DNA of 64,000 nucleotides from Harriotta raleighana (lineage: Eukaryota): positions 6,268,548 through 6,332,547 of the forward strand of contig JBNZDD010013721.1 of NCBI GenBank assembly GCA_050575255.1. Direction: 5' to 3'. This document shows positions 46,633 through 58,697 of this stretch, piece by piece; position 1 is the first letter of the stretch; each line of letters opens with the position of its first letter. The translations under genes were made by a program, and so were the position numbers. The notes beneath the pieces are model-generated. The model saw only the letters and a program-made list of their open reading frames with translations. It was not told the origin of the DNA and searched no databases.

Positions 46633-48929
46633 ATGAATGATGATGATTCCAAGTTCTTGTTCGACGGGGATTACGACAATTGGATGGAAAACCTGACACT
46701 CCCATCCAAAGAGTCAAACAGCGGGAATGAGACGTACAGGGTCTGTTTGCACCTGGGAGACATTGGAGCGGAAAATGTCAACATGTCAGTGTTGGATAAC
46801 GTGGTAACTGTGGCGGGACATTTGTCGGAGATGAATGAGGACGAGGATGGAATGATCAGGGAAAGCTTCCACGGGTTTTCCAACGAATTCGGTCTCCCTA
46901 GCGGCGTGAATCCAGATACCCTGACAGCCAACGTGATGGACAACCAAACGCTGGAGATCGAAGCCAACTACTTCTCTGATCCTCTAGATGAGACGTTCAT
47001 CCCTGGAGCAATTTCCCAAACCGGTATGGACTCAGCAGTCCCACCTTCAACCCACAACGTAACATTCCAACCCTCGCCCAAGGGATGCAAAAGAAAATCA
47101 GGACCCTCCACAGCCAACACCAGTTGTGCACTCAGCCCCTGTGAACGTAGTGGCGTGGCTCAGTCAGCCCTGGGGACTTCAATGAACACATCCAGTTGTC
47201 CACTAAGTCCCTGTGAACGCAGTGCCTTGGCTAAGACAGCACTGGGGACTTCAATGAACACATCAAATTNTCCACAGCCAACACCAGTTGTGCACTCAGC
47301 CCCTGTGAACGTAGTGGCGTGGCTGAGTCAGCCCTGGGGACTTCAATGAACACATCCAGTTGTCCACTAAGTCCCTGTGAACGCAGTGCCTTGGCTAAGA
47401 CAGCACTGGGGACTTCAATGAACACATCAAATTGTCCACTCAGCCCCTGTGAACGCAGTGCTTTGGCTAAGACAGCCTTGGGGACTTCAATGAATACATC
47501 TAGTTGTCCACTAAGTCCCTGTGATCGCAGTAATGTGGCTCAGTCAGCCCTGGGGACTTCAATGAACACATCCAGTTGTCCATTAAGCCCCTGTGAACGC
47601 AGTGCATTGGCTAAATCAGCCTTGGGGACTTCAATGAACACATCAAGTTGTCAACTCAGCCCCTGTGAACGCAGTGCTTTGGCTAAGACAGCCTTGGGGA
47701 CTTCAATGAACACATCCAGTTGTCCACTAAGTCCCTGTGAACGCAATGCTTTGGCTAAGTCAGCAATGGGGACTTCAATGAACACATCAAGTTGTCCACT
47801 CAGCCCCTGTGAACGCAGTGCTTTGGCTAAGTCAGCCATGGGGACTTCAATGAACACATCAAGTTGTCCACTCAGCCCCTGTGAACGCAGTGCTTTGGCT
47901 AAGTCAGCCATGGGGACTTCAATGAACGCATCCAGCTGTCCACTCAGCATTTGTCAACGTCGACCTACAGCAAAGAAGTCTTCAATGAACACCAACACCT
48001 CTAGCTGCCCACTCAGTCCTCGGGGACGCAGTGCCGTTGCTCAACCCTGCAAACAAGGATGCCCAACGAACATGTGCACATGTCTTCATAGTCTCTGTCC
48101 CCGCGGCAGTGCACCAAAGGGGTCTTTAATGAACACCTCCAGCCGTCCTCGTAGTCCTTGTCCATGTACCAGTGCAGCAAAGAGGTCTTCAATGAACACC
48201 TCAAGTTGCCCAATCAGCCCCCGTCAGCGCAGTGCCATAGCCCAAGCACGCATCGAAGGACCCTCCGCCAATACCTGCACCTTAACCCGCAGGCCCTCTC
48301 TGCGAGGTTCACTGGCCAACCAAAGTGGCCTAGGAGGCCTTACAAACTGCCAAAGTAGTCTGGCAGCCCCTCAAAGCAGCCAAATGGGCCAGGGAGCCTT
48401 TCCAAACAGTCAAATGGGCCTGGGAGCCCTTCCAAGCAGCCAAATGGGCCTGGGAGCCCTTCCAAGCAGCCAAATGGGCCTGGGAGCCCTTCCAAGCAGC
48501 CAAAGTGGCCTGAGAAGCTCATTGCAGCAGTTCAACTCCTCATTGCCCCAGAGATCAAGAAGTGTCGCGGGATCTGCTTTTAACACCTCCGCCAACAATT
48601 CCCTTCCACTCGCTCAACTGGAAGAACAAGTCAACCAGACGCTCAACTTAAATGCCAACCCTTACACGAGGGACCAGCCAGATGGCCCCCTGAATCAGAC
48701 CATTGCGTCCTTGTTATCAGAGTCCGTTGATTCAACCCGATCCATGTTGAAACCTGGCACACGCTGCCATAGCCCTAACGCTGCTTGCCGACCTCTGGTC
48801 GACTACAAGGTACCTGGTACTCGTTGTGTCCCTGCACCTCGCAATCAAAATAGCTGCAGAGCAGGCAACCAAACGCGCTCTCAATCACACCATGGAAATA
48901 TTAGTGGGATGGACGCCCCTGTTAATTGA
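46633..48929 (+). CDS. Array gene 8: alpha-crystallin-domain protein with Cys-Pro tandem repeats (about 710 aa after removing an assembly overlap)
   Basis: ACD TYRVCLHLGDIGAENVNMSVLDNVVTVAGH..DGMIRESFHGFSNEFGLPSGVNPDTLTANVMDNQTLEIEA. The two listed ORFs join in frame (2133 nt) when 47107-47270, duplicated across the N at 47270, is removed. Confidence 0.82.
47118..47960 (+). repeat. 72-nt coding tandem repeat (NTSSCPLSPCERSALAKSALGTSM), about 9 true units
   Basis: GGGGACTTCAATGAACACATC recurs every 72 nt; degenerate units continue to ~48250. Confidence 0.92.
48372..48510 (+). repeat. 30-nt coding tandem repeat (SSQMGLGALP)x4
   Basis: CAAATGGGCCTGGGAGCCCTTCCAAGCAGC repeated. Confidence 0.9.
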
Positions 48930-50740
48930 AGTGACTGCTGGCTCTGCAGAAGCCCAACCCACCTGCGAGCTGCAAGATGTAACAATGCTCTTCAATTGCT
49001 CTGAATGAACGAGCTGTGGAAATTCATGAAATACCTTGACAAGGCAGAGTGGTTGCTCAGCGGTGATTTCAGACTAGGAGCAATGGTTATTTTCCAATTG
49101 TTTTCAACGAGGAGAGGATGGTTTGGTTTGAAGTGAGGTGGGGGGGGGGGGGGGATGCTGGGNCTTGACAAAGCAGAGAGCTTGCTCAGCGGTGATTTCA
49201 GACTAGGAGCAATGGTTATTTTCCTATTGTTTTCAACGAGGAGATGATGGTTTGGTTTGAAGTGAGGGGGGGGGGTGGGCGGAACCGAGCGTTTCATTAA
49301 TTTAGAACTTGACGTGAAAATTCCTCCAATTTACAGCTGTGGATTAAAGTTCAGGCTCGAGTCTTTGTATCAGATCTCCAAATTAATACACAAATCTACG
49401 CACAGTTTTATTGCTCTGATGAGCACAGTAAAAATTTGTTGTGATGAAAAGGAAATGCATGCCAAGCATTCAATGCTTAACGAGAAATTACCCCGTCCCA
49501 AATAATGATATATTGCTGGATTATAGGGCGGGGGGGGGGGGGGGTTGGGGGGGGGGGCGGGGGGGGNAATAATGATATATTGCTGGATTATAGGGCGGGG
49601 GGGTAGTGGAATTGAATGTTCCATTCAAACTATTGGCCTTTTCAAATACAATGTTCAAAGATATACAACATAATAATGGATTTACCACACATTGCACCAT
49701 AAGAAGGAAACCCGTGTTATCTCTTATTAATTATTAATTTCAACCTCTCAATACTCTCAATATCAGCATTCACGTAAACACAAAATACAGTTCTGTAGTT
49801 TTAAACCTGAATATGTCATTCCTCGCACAGAGTACACGTATTTTTAAACACAGGATTGAGCAAATCATTTTATTTTCTGTTGAAAACATAAATTGAAAAG
49901 TTTTTAAGGTAACAAGCCTGGAGCATAGATGCACCTCTAATCCTATGAAAATGATATACCCACATTATTGCCAAGTTGACATATTACTTTTTTTTTTGCC
50001 CTTGCAAAAGTTTGCAATTAGGATGCAGTGAGATGCCAGNCACCATAAGAAGGAAACCCGTGTTATCTCTTATTAATCATTAATTTCAACCTCTCAATAC
50101 TTTCAATATCAGCATTCACGTAAATACAAAATACAGTTCTGTAGTTTTAAGCCTGAATATGTCATTCCTCGCTCAGAGTACACGTATTTTTAAACACAGG
50201 ATTGAGCAAATGATTTTAGTTTCTGTTGAAAACATAAATTGAAAAGTTTTTAAGGTAACAAGCCTGGAGCATAGATGCGCCTCTAATCCTATGAAAATCA
50301 TATACCCACATTATTGCCAAGTTGACATATTACTTTTTTTTGCCCTTGCAAAAGTTTGCAATTAGGATGCAGTGAGATGCCAGAAGAAACTTGATGGAAG
50401 CTGTGCTTTTGTTCACTGGTGCGACTTCCCAATGCTCCAATGCACACCTTGGAGTCCTTGAGCCTTGGTTTTTGCCATACTATACCTGTCCTCTATGCAC
50501 TGAGGTCATATTGAACTAAATATAATGGAAAACTAGTGAAGGTTTCAACAATTCAACTTACTCGGCATCAAGCGTTCTGAGATGCTACCCTGCATGAAGA
50601 GAAACATAAATGCATGTTGTTGTTTGGGCCAAAATAAGAAAAGGGCATGATAAAGCTGATGATATATTTCCAAATTGCTCATCAAAATAATTTAATGATT
50701 GCAATCATCCTTCCATTTGATATGGAGCCTTTTTATAGTA

Positions 50741-50940
50741 ATCATCCTTGCAATTGATATAGCGCTTTTCACATCTTCCAGACTTCACAGTATACTGTAA
50801 AGTGATTTGACCAATATTTGTGGGCAACGTGTGGCATCCAATTACGCACAGCAGTGTGTATTATTAGGAATGTGGAGTAAGGAAACTTGCCCAGGGTTTC
50901 GTCCTGCCTGGTATTCAACCAGGTCACACTCACGCTTGTA
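50741..50940 (-). mobile_element. tRNA-derived SINE, deleted copy
   Basis: Reverse complement of the family motifs (GGAGTAAGGAAACTTGCCCAGGGTTTCG; TCCTTGCA..ATATAGCGCTTTTCACATC). Confidence 0.7.
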
Positions 50941-51150
50941 AGGGCCCTTTGTAACTTCCTACACCCATCTAGACTACTTACCGAGTCTCCGATCTTAGTG
51001 TTGTGGGCAAACTTGGATTCAAAACTTTTGATTCCTTCATCCAAGTCATTTATAAAAATATATATATCTTTATATATACATGGTAAATAGCTGAGATCCC
51101 AGTACAGTCCCCTGAGGGACACCATGTATCACAACCCGCCAATTGGGGAA
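50941..51150 (-). mobile_element. CR1 LINE reverse-transcriptase fragment
   Basis: IFINDLDEGIKSFESKFAHNTKIG..GCRKLQ is a decayed CR1 FINDLD..SKFADDTK motif. Confidence 0.75.
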
Positions 51151-51669
51151 TGTCCCTTACTCTCTATTTCCAACCTCCCAACCTCCGCCTCCTTGCACTT
51201 CCATTTATGCTGAAAGGGTTAATGAAAAGTCTTATTGTAAGTTCAGGAGGACCCAGCACTGTGCAACCTCTCTGTAAATCAACACTTCGTCTTGGGAGCC
51301 CGATAAGACTATGTCATGTAAAACAGCAATACTTCAACGGTGAGTGAGTGGGTGGGTGTTGTGTTGTCCGATATTGCTAGTGTCCATGATCTGTCTCCGT
51401 GTTAAGTGTTGTGATCATGATATCCTCGCACTGATACAACAACTTCGATTTACATAGCGCCCTCCACGCCCGAAAGCGTCTCAGAGCGCTTATAAGGGGT
51501 CTTATACGCCTTCTCGGGGGTGTGATTAGTCCATCAGGACAACAAAAGGCAACGGATCTGACCACGAACTTCCAAATCTATGCTGTCCCTCAACAGGCTG
51601 AATGATTTTTGGGGGGAGATTTGTTCTGACATGATAAAACCTCTGAAAGTGATGCTTCAAATTCACTAG

Positions 51670-51735
51670 CGTGTGTGACCTCACGTTTTACGTACTTGTA
51701 ACCCAACGCGTCGCTTTCAGAAAGTCATGAAACCT
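51670..51735 (+). promoter_or_regulatory. Shared upstream module (gene 9 copy)
   Basis: GTGTGTGACCTCACGTTTTACGTACTTGTAAC..TTTCAGAAAGTCATGAAACCT. Confidence 0.55.
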
Positions 51736-51822
51736 CTTTGATTTACGCAAAGGTCGGACTTTTAAACCTCGGAGATTAAACCTCGGTGCGGTTTGGGGTT
51801 GAGAGGAAACCAAAAGGAAGGC

Positions 51823-52488
51823 ATGAACGAACATGGAGCATCACCCTACAAGTTTTACATCTGTTTAAACTTGGGGAACATTTCCCCGGAGAACGTGCAG
51901 GCTTATATCACGGACCGGATAGTGGATATTATTGGGAAAAGCGAGCAGGTGACGGAAGAGGCGGATGGGATGATCAGAAGGAACTACCATGGCTTTTCCA
52001 ACAAATTCGGTCTCCCACCAGGTGTGGACCCCAACACGTTGCTGCTCACGGTGCCGGATGGGAGGACCTTAATCATCGAAGCCGAATACATCAAATGCCA
52101 AGATCGCAGCTCAAACGCAGCGGATTCGAGGTGCCCTCGAATGGCATCCGACGCCTCCCATAGGTCTATACACCACTACCCCACACTGCCCGTCCCCATG
52201 CCACGCACAGTGTTCCACACCAGCTCTGCCTACGAACCCACCTCCACCGGTGAAAACTCGGGAGGTTTGGTCTCGTCCAGGGTCCCGACCCCTTTCCACC
52301 CGGTGCCCATGCCTCGACAGAGCGTGATACCCAATGTCTGGATGCCTCACGAGTCACCCATACGGTACCGGATCTCCTCCCAAATCCACCCCAGGACGAG
52401 GTCAAAGAGGAGGAGACACCATTCCTATCACGAAGGCATGGTGGCTGACAACATTTCCCACTTACAAAAGATGAACCAGACGTTTTAA
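51823..52488 (+). CDS. Array gene 9: alpha-crystallin-domain protein (221 aa from ATG), Pro/His/Arg-rich tail
   Basis: KFYICLNLGNISPENVQAYITDRIVDIIGKSEQ..DGMIRRNYHGFSNKFGLPPGVDPNTLLLTVPDGRTLIIEAEY. Confidence 0.88.
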   Translation: MNEHGASPYKFYICLNLGNISPENVQAYITDRIVDIIGKSEQVTEEADGMIRRNYHGFSNKFGLPPGVDPNTLLLTVPDGRTLIIEAEYIKCQDRSSNAADSRCPRMASDASHRSIHHYPTLPVPMPRTVFHTSSAYEPTSTGENSGGLVSSRVPTPFHPVPMPRQSVIPNVWMPHESPIRYRISSQIHPRTRSKRRRHHSYHEGMVADNISHLQKMNQTF

Positions 52489-55349
52489 ACCAGCCGGGAA
52501 ATGCCAGGCATACATCAAACCTTACTTACTTAGACACAAACCGACACACACACGCAACGCACACAAATCACCTTTGAAGCAACAAGGAAGAAGACCATTT
52601 GGTGGGGAGGTGGGAGTTGGGGGGCGGCGAGGGAATGTCCTGAGATGTAGAAGATAAATAAACGAAACGTTTCTGAAATGTTGCTTGGACCTTTCTAGAG
52701 AATTTTTTTTCGGTGAGTGTGGTGGGAGGCGGTGTGGGGGGTGGCGGCGGGAGGTATGGGAGTCTGCGGGCATTTTTTCTATCAATGTGTGGGAAGATTG
52801 AGCTATTTGTGATACTGTTGGCTCGATTAAAAGAACCCCAAATGATGGATTTGCAGTCATTTTTACTTGTCCAAGTAGTTACTCCCGAGATGAAACTGTT
52901 CATTACAATTTAGCTCAGATTTGTGCATTAGCAGTTGTCCAAATGCAATTGGTATCCAGATTCATTAATATGTCCAGAATCACATCTTTAATGAACAGTC
53001 ATTGACAACCGGGATATCATCATTGGACAATTACTTGTATGTTTTTTTTAAATGTATTTTTTTTTATCGGCATAGCATTGTATCATTGGGGGAGAAAGGT
53101 TTTGTAAGCTTTTGTAAGTTTTACACATCAATCGTTCACCAATCAAGAACTAGAATAGATTATTGGTAAGTAGTATTTTATAATACAGCACATTTGGGTG
53201 CAGTGTTTATCGTGTAGAGTGCAGTTGTTTGGGTGCTGGGTGACTCTACAGTGTTGTGGCTCACTTGAAAGTGCATCAATAGAAAATAACACGTCTCACC
53301 TCTTCGAAACATTTTAAAAATCCCTTTGCAGTAATTACAGTCAAGTGTAGTGACTGCTTTTTGTANGGTGACTCTACAGTGTTGTGGCTCACTTGAAAGT
53401 GCATCAATAGAAAATAACACGTCTCACCTCTTCGAAACATTTAAAAAATCCCTTTGCAGTAATTACAGTCAAGTGTAGTGACTGCTTTTTGTAAGCAAAC
53501 ATGACAATTTGCCCCAGTGTGGATCCACAAACAGCTGTGAAATAAATAGCAAATTTATCTAAAGGATTACTGACCAGGACCCAATACTTTTTTTTGAAAA
53601 ATTCCTACAACCTTTTCAGGCCCACCTGAACAATAGCCTCAGGTCCAAGCATCCTGGGGCCCTGCACAAGGGGCGCTGTAAAAATACAAATGATTTTTTA
53701 TGTTAATGTCTTATTTGAAGAATTACATCTCTGACAATGCAACACTCCCTTAATAATGGGGAAAGATTTCCCTTTTTGCAGCACTAATTTTTAAATTTTG
53801 TTGAATTACAGTTCACCCCAAAAGCGAAGGGACTTTCTATCAAGGGGCAAATATCTACTACTGAATTTTCTCAACAATCCATAATATCCACAAAGAGAGG
53901 CTTGCATACTTACCAATATCTCTGCCTTCCTATTTTATATTTTAGAATAGCTATTTAGACGCTCTCTAGAAGCAGACATTTTGTATGGAGATTCACTTTG
54001 TGAACCTTGTGTGACATTATCAAGGCTCACAGCGAGTTAGTTAATCAAGATGACCGTGTCTTCATATTTTTCACATCTTCATATATTTTTTATATTCTGT
54101 TTTGATCTTTTGATGATTGTGGTGTAGTCATTACATACTGATAAAATAACTAACTTTCTTTTGGAGAACAACCAATTTAATTGCATTTCCAATCTGCATG
54201 GGACGTCCTCCTGACATGAAAGGTGCTATACAAATGTAATATTGTTGTCGCTATTTGTGTACGTGTTGGATCCAAATGCAAGGATTATTATACTTGAAGC
54301 ATAGTACAGAAATCATGTATATGGAGCTCACAACATCCTGAAATGGAGGTGAAGCTTAGAAAAGGATATGACTGCTACAAAAATAGTTCTATTAGGGTAA
54401 CTTCTGTAATTTCACTACTTATTGATCTGTTTTCTTTGTGGAGCCTTCACCAAGTGGTGACAAATGACAAACGTACCTTGTCAGGGGGAAATGTATCTGT
54501 GTAGGATTCTATCCCATATCACAGAAGGCACACAGACTGTGTGCCCTCAATCACTCCTTGATCCCTGCATTCAAATAAACTGCTTATTAGAGGCAGTTTA
54601 GGATAATAATCCTTACATTTGATTCAAAGCTTTTCACATCTACGAGACATCTCAAAGTGCTTCACAGAATATACTGTAAAGTGAATTGACTGTATATTTT
54701 GTGGGCGAAATACAGCCAGGATCCACCAGCTTTGAATACAATCCCCCAGTAGTGACAGTGTGAGGTTCTACGCCAGTGACATCATGAATGAGAGAGAATG
54801 CTATCTCTGATCCATTGTTTAATTCATGACATAGTGGGTCACAGCTCCAAAAAAATCAGCTTCCATCGTGCTTCCAACAATCACTTTTTATACTAAGCAA
54901 GAATTGATTACAAAATATTGGTAAGTATAAAGATATCTCCCTATCAAATCCAAATATCCAACCCATTGAATATCGGTCCCACTCTACTTACAAAGACGTG
55001 ATGAGGCGCTACATCAAATGCAAGGATTATCATTGTTATTTTCATTACTGAATCAAAGTGTCTCTAATATTCCGATATCCTGGCCTCAACCACCCTTCCT
55101 GGATTTTCGAATGACTGAATGAATTGTGTGAATAAGAGATGGCTTAGTTTAAATTTTGGTAGGAAGGAGAGTGAAAAACTGTGTTTTAAGGTTACCCTCC
55201 CACTCCCCCCACTCCCTCCCTCAACAAGAATGAAAATGACAACCTCAGCATTATATATTCATTTCCCAGTGAGAAATATCTAAAATACACATAGAGTATC
55301 ATCTTTTTTTCCATATGCCATTGGTTTCAGGAAAATGAACCTGTGAATT

Positions 55350-58298
55350 ATGCAAAATTTTTCTGCAAAGGTCGCTTCGAAATCTGGCCCAAGATCAGGA
55401 CTTCATACTGAAGGCATAAAGAAAGCGAAAGAGGAGATTAAGGTAGGTGGAGAGAAGGCTGCAACACAATGTGTGATGTCCCAAGAGCCATTTTCTTTTT
55501 CTACCAGTCTCCAAGGAGTTTCTCCAGAGAAAGTTGTGGTGAAGGTTAAGGACAGGAAGGTGTCCATCTGTGGAGAACACATTGAGAGGAAAGAAGATGA
55601 TGGAATAATCAAATATACCTTTCATGGTTTTTCGACCATATTTGATCTCCCGCTGGAAGTAGATCCAAATTCTCTAACTGTCACTGTGTCAGATGGTAGA
55701 ACTTTGAAAATTGCATCCCAGCAAGTCACATCATATGACACCGACAGCAAGGGAAATGATGCAGATGCTACGAACAGTTATTCTCCAATTCTCTCCTTGG
55801 AGGCAAAACCCCCAATATGCACTGTAGAGTCAGAAAGTATTCCAGTCTCTGCCAAAGAAACAAACATCACGAAACAAAGTGAGCCCGATGCAAAAAGTAT
55901 CCTGATATCAATTCAAACGGCACAGATCCCTGAAGACAAACTCACCAACCCGTTACCTGCCACAAAAGAACCTTACCCCCCAACACCTCTTATAGAAACG
56001 ATTATAGTACCTACTCTGCAGACACACACTACCACAACACAAACAGTGGACACATTATTCACTCCAGCACGAGCCACAAATATAAGCACCATTCCAATGT
56101 CTACTGTGGAACTGCGCACCAAAATGGTGAATGAACCTGAAATACTTACCAGTCTCATTCTTAACTTGCGGGCCCTGCTATCTTCTGCCCCTGAGTCACA
56201 AAGGAACTTTGTGCCAACCATTCTTGAGGCAGATGTCAATGCACCCAATCCTGAGGTCCATGCTATCTCAGTACCTACCCTGGATACATCTCCTACCCAG
56301 ATATCTAACTCAGAAATGCACAATATCCTGTTATGTTTTTCTGAGGTGCACAATGTCCCAGGTGATGCTCCCGAGACACTTACCTGTGTAGCACCCTACA
56401 CAAAAATACATATCAACCCAGCAAGTCCTCCTGAGACTTCCAAAAATACTCTGACACACATGAATGAGACAGGCTTAGCAGTGGGCATTTCTGAGTTGGA
56501 CACTGATACAAAATCAACTCTTAAAACCCACGACACCAAACCATTGCTACCCTCAGAGGCATTCACCACCCCAATACCACTCCCAAGGAAACGTAACATC
56601 AAAACAGCAGCCGCTCCTGAGACAAGCACCTCTCTTTTATTCATCCCCAGGAACCATGATCCGTCCCTGGTGCCCACTAGCGAGAAACGCACAGCGCCAA
56701 TACCTGCCCCAAGGAGATACAATATCTTCCCAGCATATGCTTCTGAGAAACAACCATTTCTCGTGCCTGTTCCCAGGAGATACAGCATCTACCCTGCATA
56801 CAATCCTGAAACACACACTTCACCCAAACCTGCCCCAAGAAAATACAGCATCACAGCATTACCCACTACCGAGGCAATAAGAATTCCTGCATCTCACACG
56901 ATGAATGATGAAGCTCTTCTACTAGCCACTCATGATACAAGCATTGGTTCTATAGCTAACCCTGAGAACTGTAACTCCACATTACCTACTCCTGATTCAA
57001 GCTTCTCCGATTTACATATGCTCAGGAAACAGAGCACTTCTCCAACACAACATTCAGAGATTTGTACTTCTGTATATGCCCCAAGGAGAAACATCTACCC
57101 AGCAAACACTCCTGTACCTGCTCCAAGGAGACACATCAGATCCCCAGCATCTGTTCCTAAGACACTCATTCCTCCTGCAACTGATTCTGGGAAACATGAA
57201 CTATCCACTCCTGATATGCATGTCTCTCAAAAGCATGCCCCAAAGAAGCACAGCTCCTGTACAGCATCCGCTCCTGAGAGGTACACCTCTCATGTAAAGA
57301 CGCAAAGAAAATACTCCAACTCCCCAGGACCCTATGCTGAATTACAAACTTCTCCAGAACCCATCCCAAAACGATACAGCACCTCAATAACACAAGCTCC
57401 TGAAACCTCTCTTGTACATGATCCAAAGCCACATGAGGCTTCACAAGTCGCTTCTCTTGATGCAATCTCCTCTCCTCGTCAATCCAAGAAGAAGCACATC
57501 TCTTCCTCAACACCTGTTCCTGACCAGCAGACCTCTCCCAGAAGTGGCCAGAGACAAAGTAGTGCTGAGAAACACACCTCTCCTAGACATAACCAGAGGA
57601 AACACATCCCTTTTCCTGAAACTACTCCTGAGCAATACACCTCTCCCGGGCAAACCCGTAGGAACCAAGTACCCTCCCCAGTATCTGCTGTTCAGCAGCA
57701 CATCTCTCCCATACTCAGCCCCAGGAATCGTAGCCCCTCCCCAATAGCCAGTCCTGATGCAAGCACTTCTTCCTTTCATTGCCCTACAAAACGCAGCCCC
57801 TCTCCATTATCCACTCCTGAGATAAGTGCATCTCATATACATTTGTCCAGGAAACACAATACCTCTCAAACACACCATACTAATACAAGCACCTCTACTG
57901 TTCAACACCCCACAAAACGCAGTCCCTCCCCAATATCCACAGTGGAGCTAAATACTTCTCTTACACATTTCCTCAGGAAAAATAACAACTCCCCGGTCAT
58001 TATTCCTGGCATGAGCTCTTCTCCTATATCTACCCCAGAGAAAGAAAACACATCCCCAGTAGTTACTCCTGAGAAAAGTACATCTCTTATATACATGCGA
58101 GGTACTTCCCCTTTACCACCTTCTGAGAAAATCTCTCCCATCTATAAACCATTGAAACGCAGCACCTCCCCGTTGACGAATCCTGAGTTGAGCCCTTCTC
58201 TTTTACGTTTCCTCATGAAACACAGTTCCGCAATATCCAATCCTGACCCAACCACTTCTCCTGATCATACTCCCAGGAAACGCAGCCCTTCCCCATGA
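55350..58298 (+). CDS. Array gene 10: alpha-crystallin-domain protein, 982 aa, Ser/Thr/Pro-rich tail with repeated PxPxPR and RSPSP motifs
   Basis: PFSFSTSLQGVSPEKVVVKVKDRKVSICGEHIERKEDDGIIKYTFHGFSTIFDLPLEVDPNSLTVTVSDGRTLKIA; 2.9-kb ORF. Confidence 0.87.
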   Translation: MQNFSAKVASKSGPRSGLHTEGIKKAKEEIKVGGEKAATQCVMSQEPFSFSTSLQGVSPEKVVVKVKDRKVSICGEHIERKEDDGIIKYTFHGFSTIFDLPLEVDPNSLTVTVSDGRTLKIASQQVTSYDTDSKGNDADATNSYSPILSLEAKPPICTVESESIPVSAKETNITKQSEPDAKSILISIQTAQIPEDKLTNPLPATKEPYPPTPLIETIIVPTLQTHTTTTQTVDTLFTPARATNISTIPMSTVELRTKMVNEPEILTSLILNLRALLSSAPESQRNFVPTILEADVNAPNPEVHAISVPTLDTSPTQISNSEMHNILLCFSEVHNVPGDAPETLTCVAPYTKIHINPASPPETSKNTLTHMNETGLAVGISELDTDTKSTLKTHDTKPLLPSEAFTTPIPLPRKRNIKTAAAPETSTSLLFIPRNHDPSLVPTSEKRTAPIPAPRRYNIFPAYASEKQPFLVPVPRRYSIYPAYNPETHTSPKPAPRKYSITALPTTEAIRIPASHTMNDEALLLATHDTSIGSIANPENCNSTLPTPDSSFSDLHMLRKQSTSPTQHSEICTSVYAPRRNIYPANTPVPAPRRHIRSPASVPKTLIPPATDSGKHELSTPDMHVSQKHAPKKHSSCTASAPERYTSHVKTQRKYSNSPGPYAELQTSPEPIPKRYSTSITQAPETSLVHDPKPHEASQVASLDAISSPRQSKKKHISSSTPVPDQQTSPRSGQRQSSAEKHTSPRHNQRKHIPFPETTPEQYTSPGQTRRNQVPSPVSAVQQHISPILSPRNRSPSPIASPDASTSSFHCPTKRSPSPLSTPEISASHIHLSRKHNTSQTHHTNTSTSTVQHPTKRSPSPISTVELNTSLTHFLRKNNNSPVIIPGMSSSPISTPEKENTSPVVTPEKSTSLIYMRGTSPLPPSEKISPIYKPLKRSTSPLTNPELSPSLLRFLMKHSSAISNPDPTTSPDHTPRKRSPSP

Positions 58299-58697
58299 CC
58301 CGATTCAAGATGAGCACCTTTCGCAAACTTACTACCGGAAATCGCCTCTCCAGTGACCCCTTCAGGAACGAGCACCTCTCCAGTGTCCCCTTCAGGGATG
58401 AGCATCTCTCCAATATTCTCCAGAAAGTACAAAACTTCCCATACTTAACAACCACTGGTCCCTTGTGCACATCCAGAAAATACAGGACTTTTCCCCTACC
58501 CCAACCTATCACACTTCCAAAGCACCAGCTTCTGAAACAAATACCAACTCCTGAGTCATGTGCTTGGGCAATAGTTTCCTCTTCTGGATGGTTCATAATT
58601 GAACCCTGTATTATATACTGACCCAATTTTCTAACCTAGGAAAATCTTCCTCTTTGAAATCCTAATTTGATTCATAGTGCTCTGAATTATTCATATT

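Noticed and set aside
47118-47960. Regularly spaced repeats resembling a CRISPR array
   Set aside because: The whole 72-nt unit repeats in frame within a eukaryotic ORF; there are no unique spacers and no cas genes.
55229-55241. Box A-like ATGAAAATGAC upstream of gene 10
   Set aside because: Opposite orientation to all other copies and no boxes B/C nearby; may be chance in AT-rich DNA.
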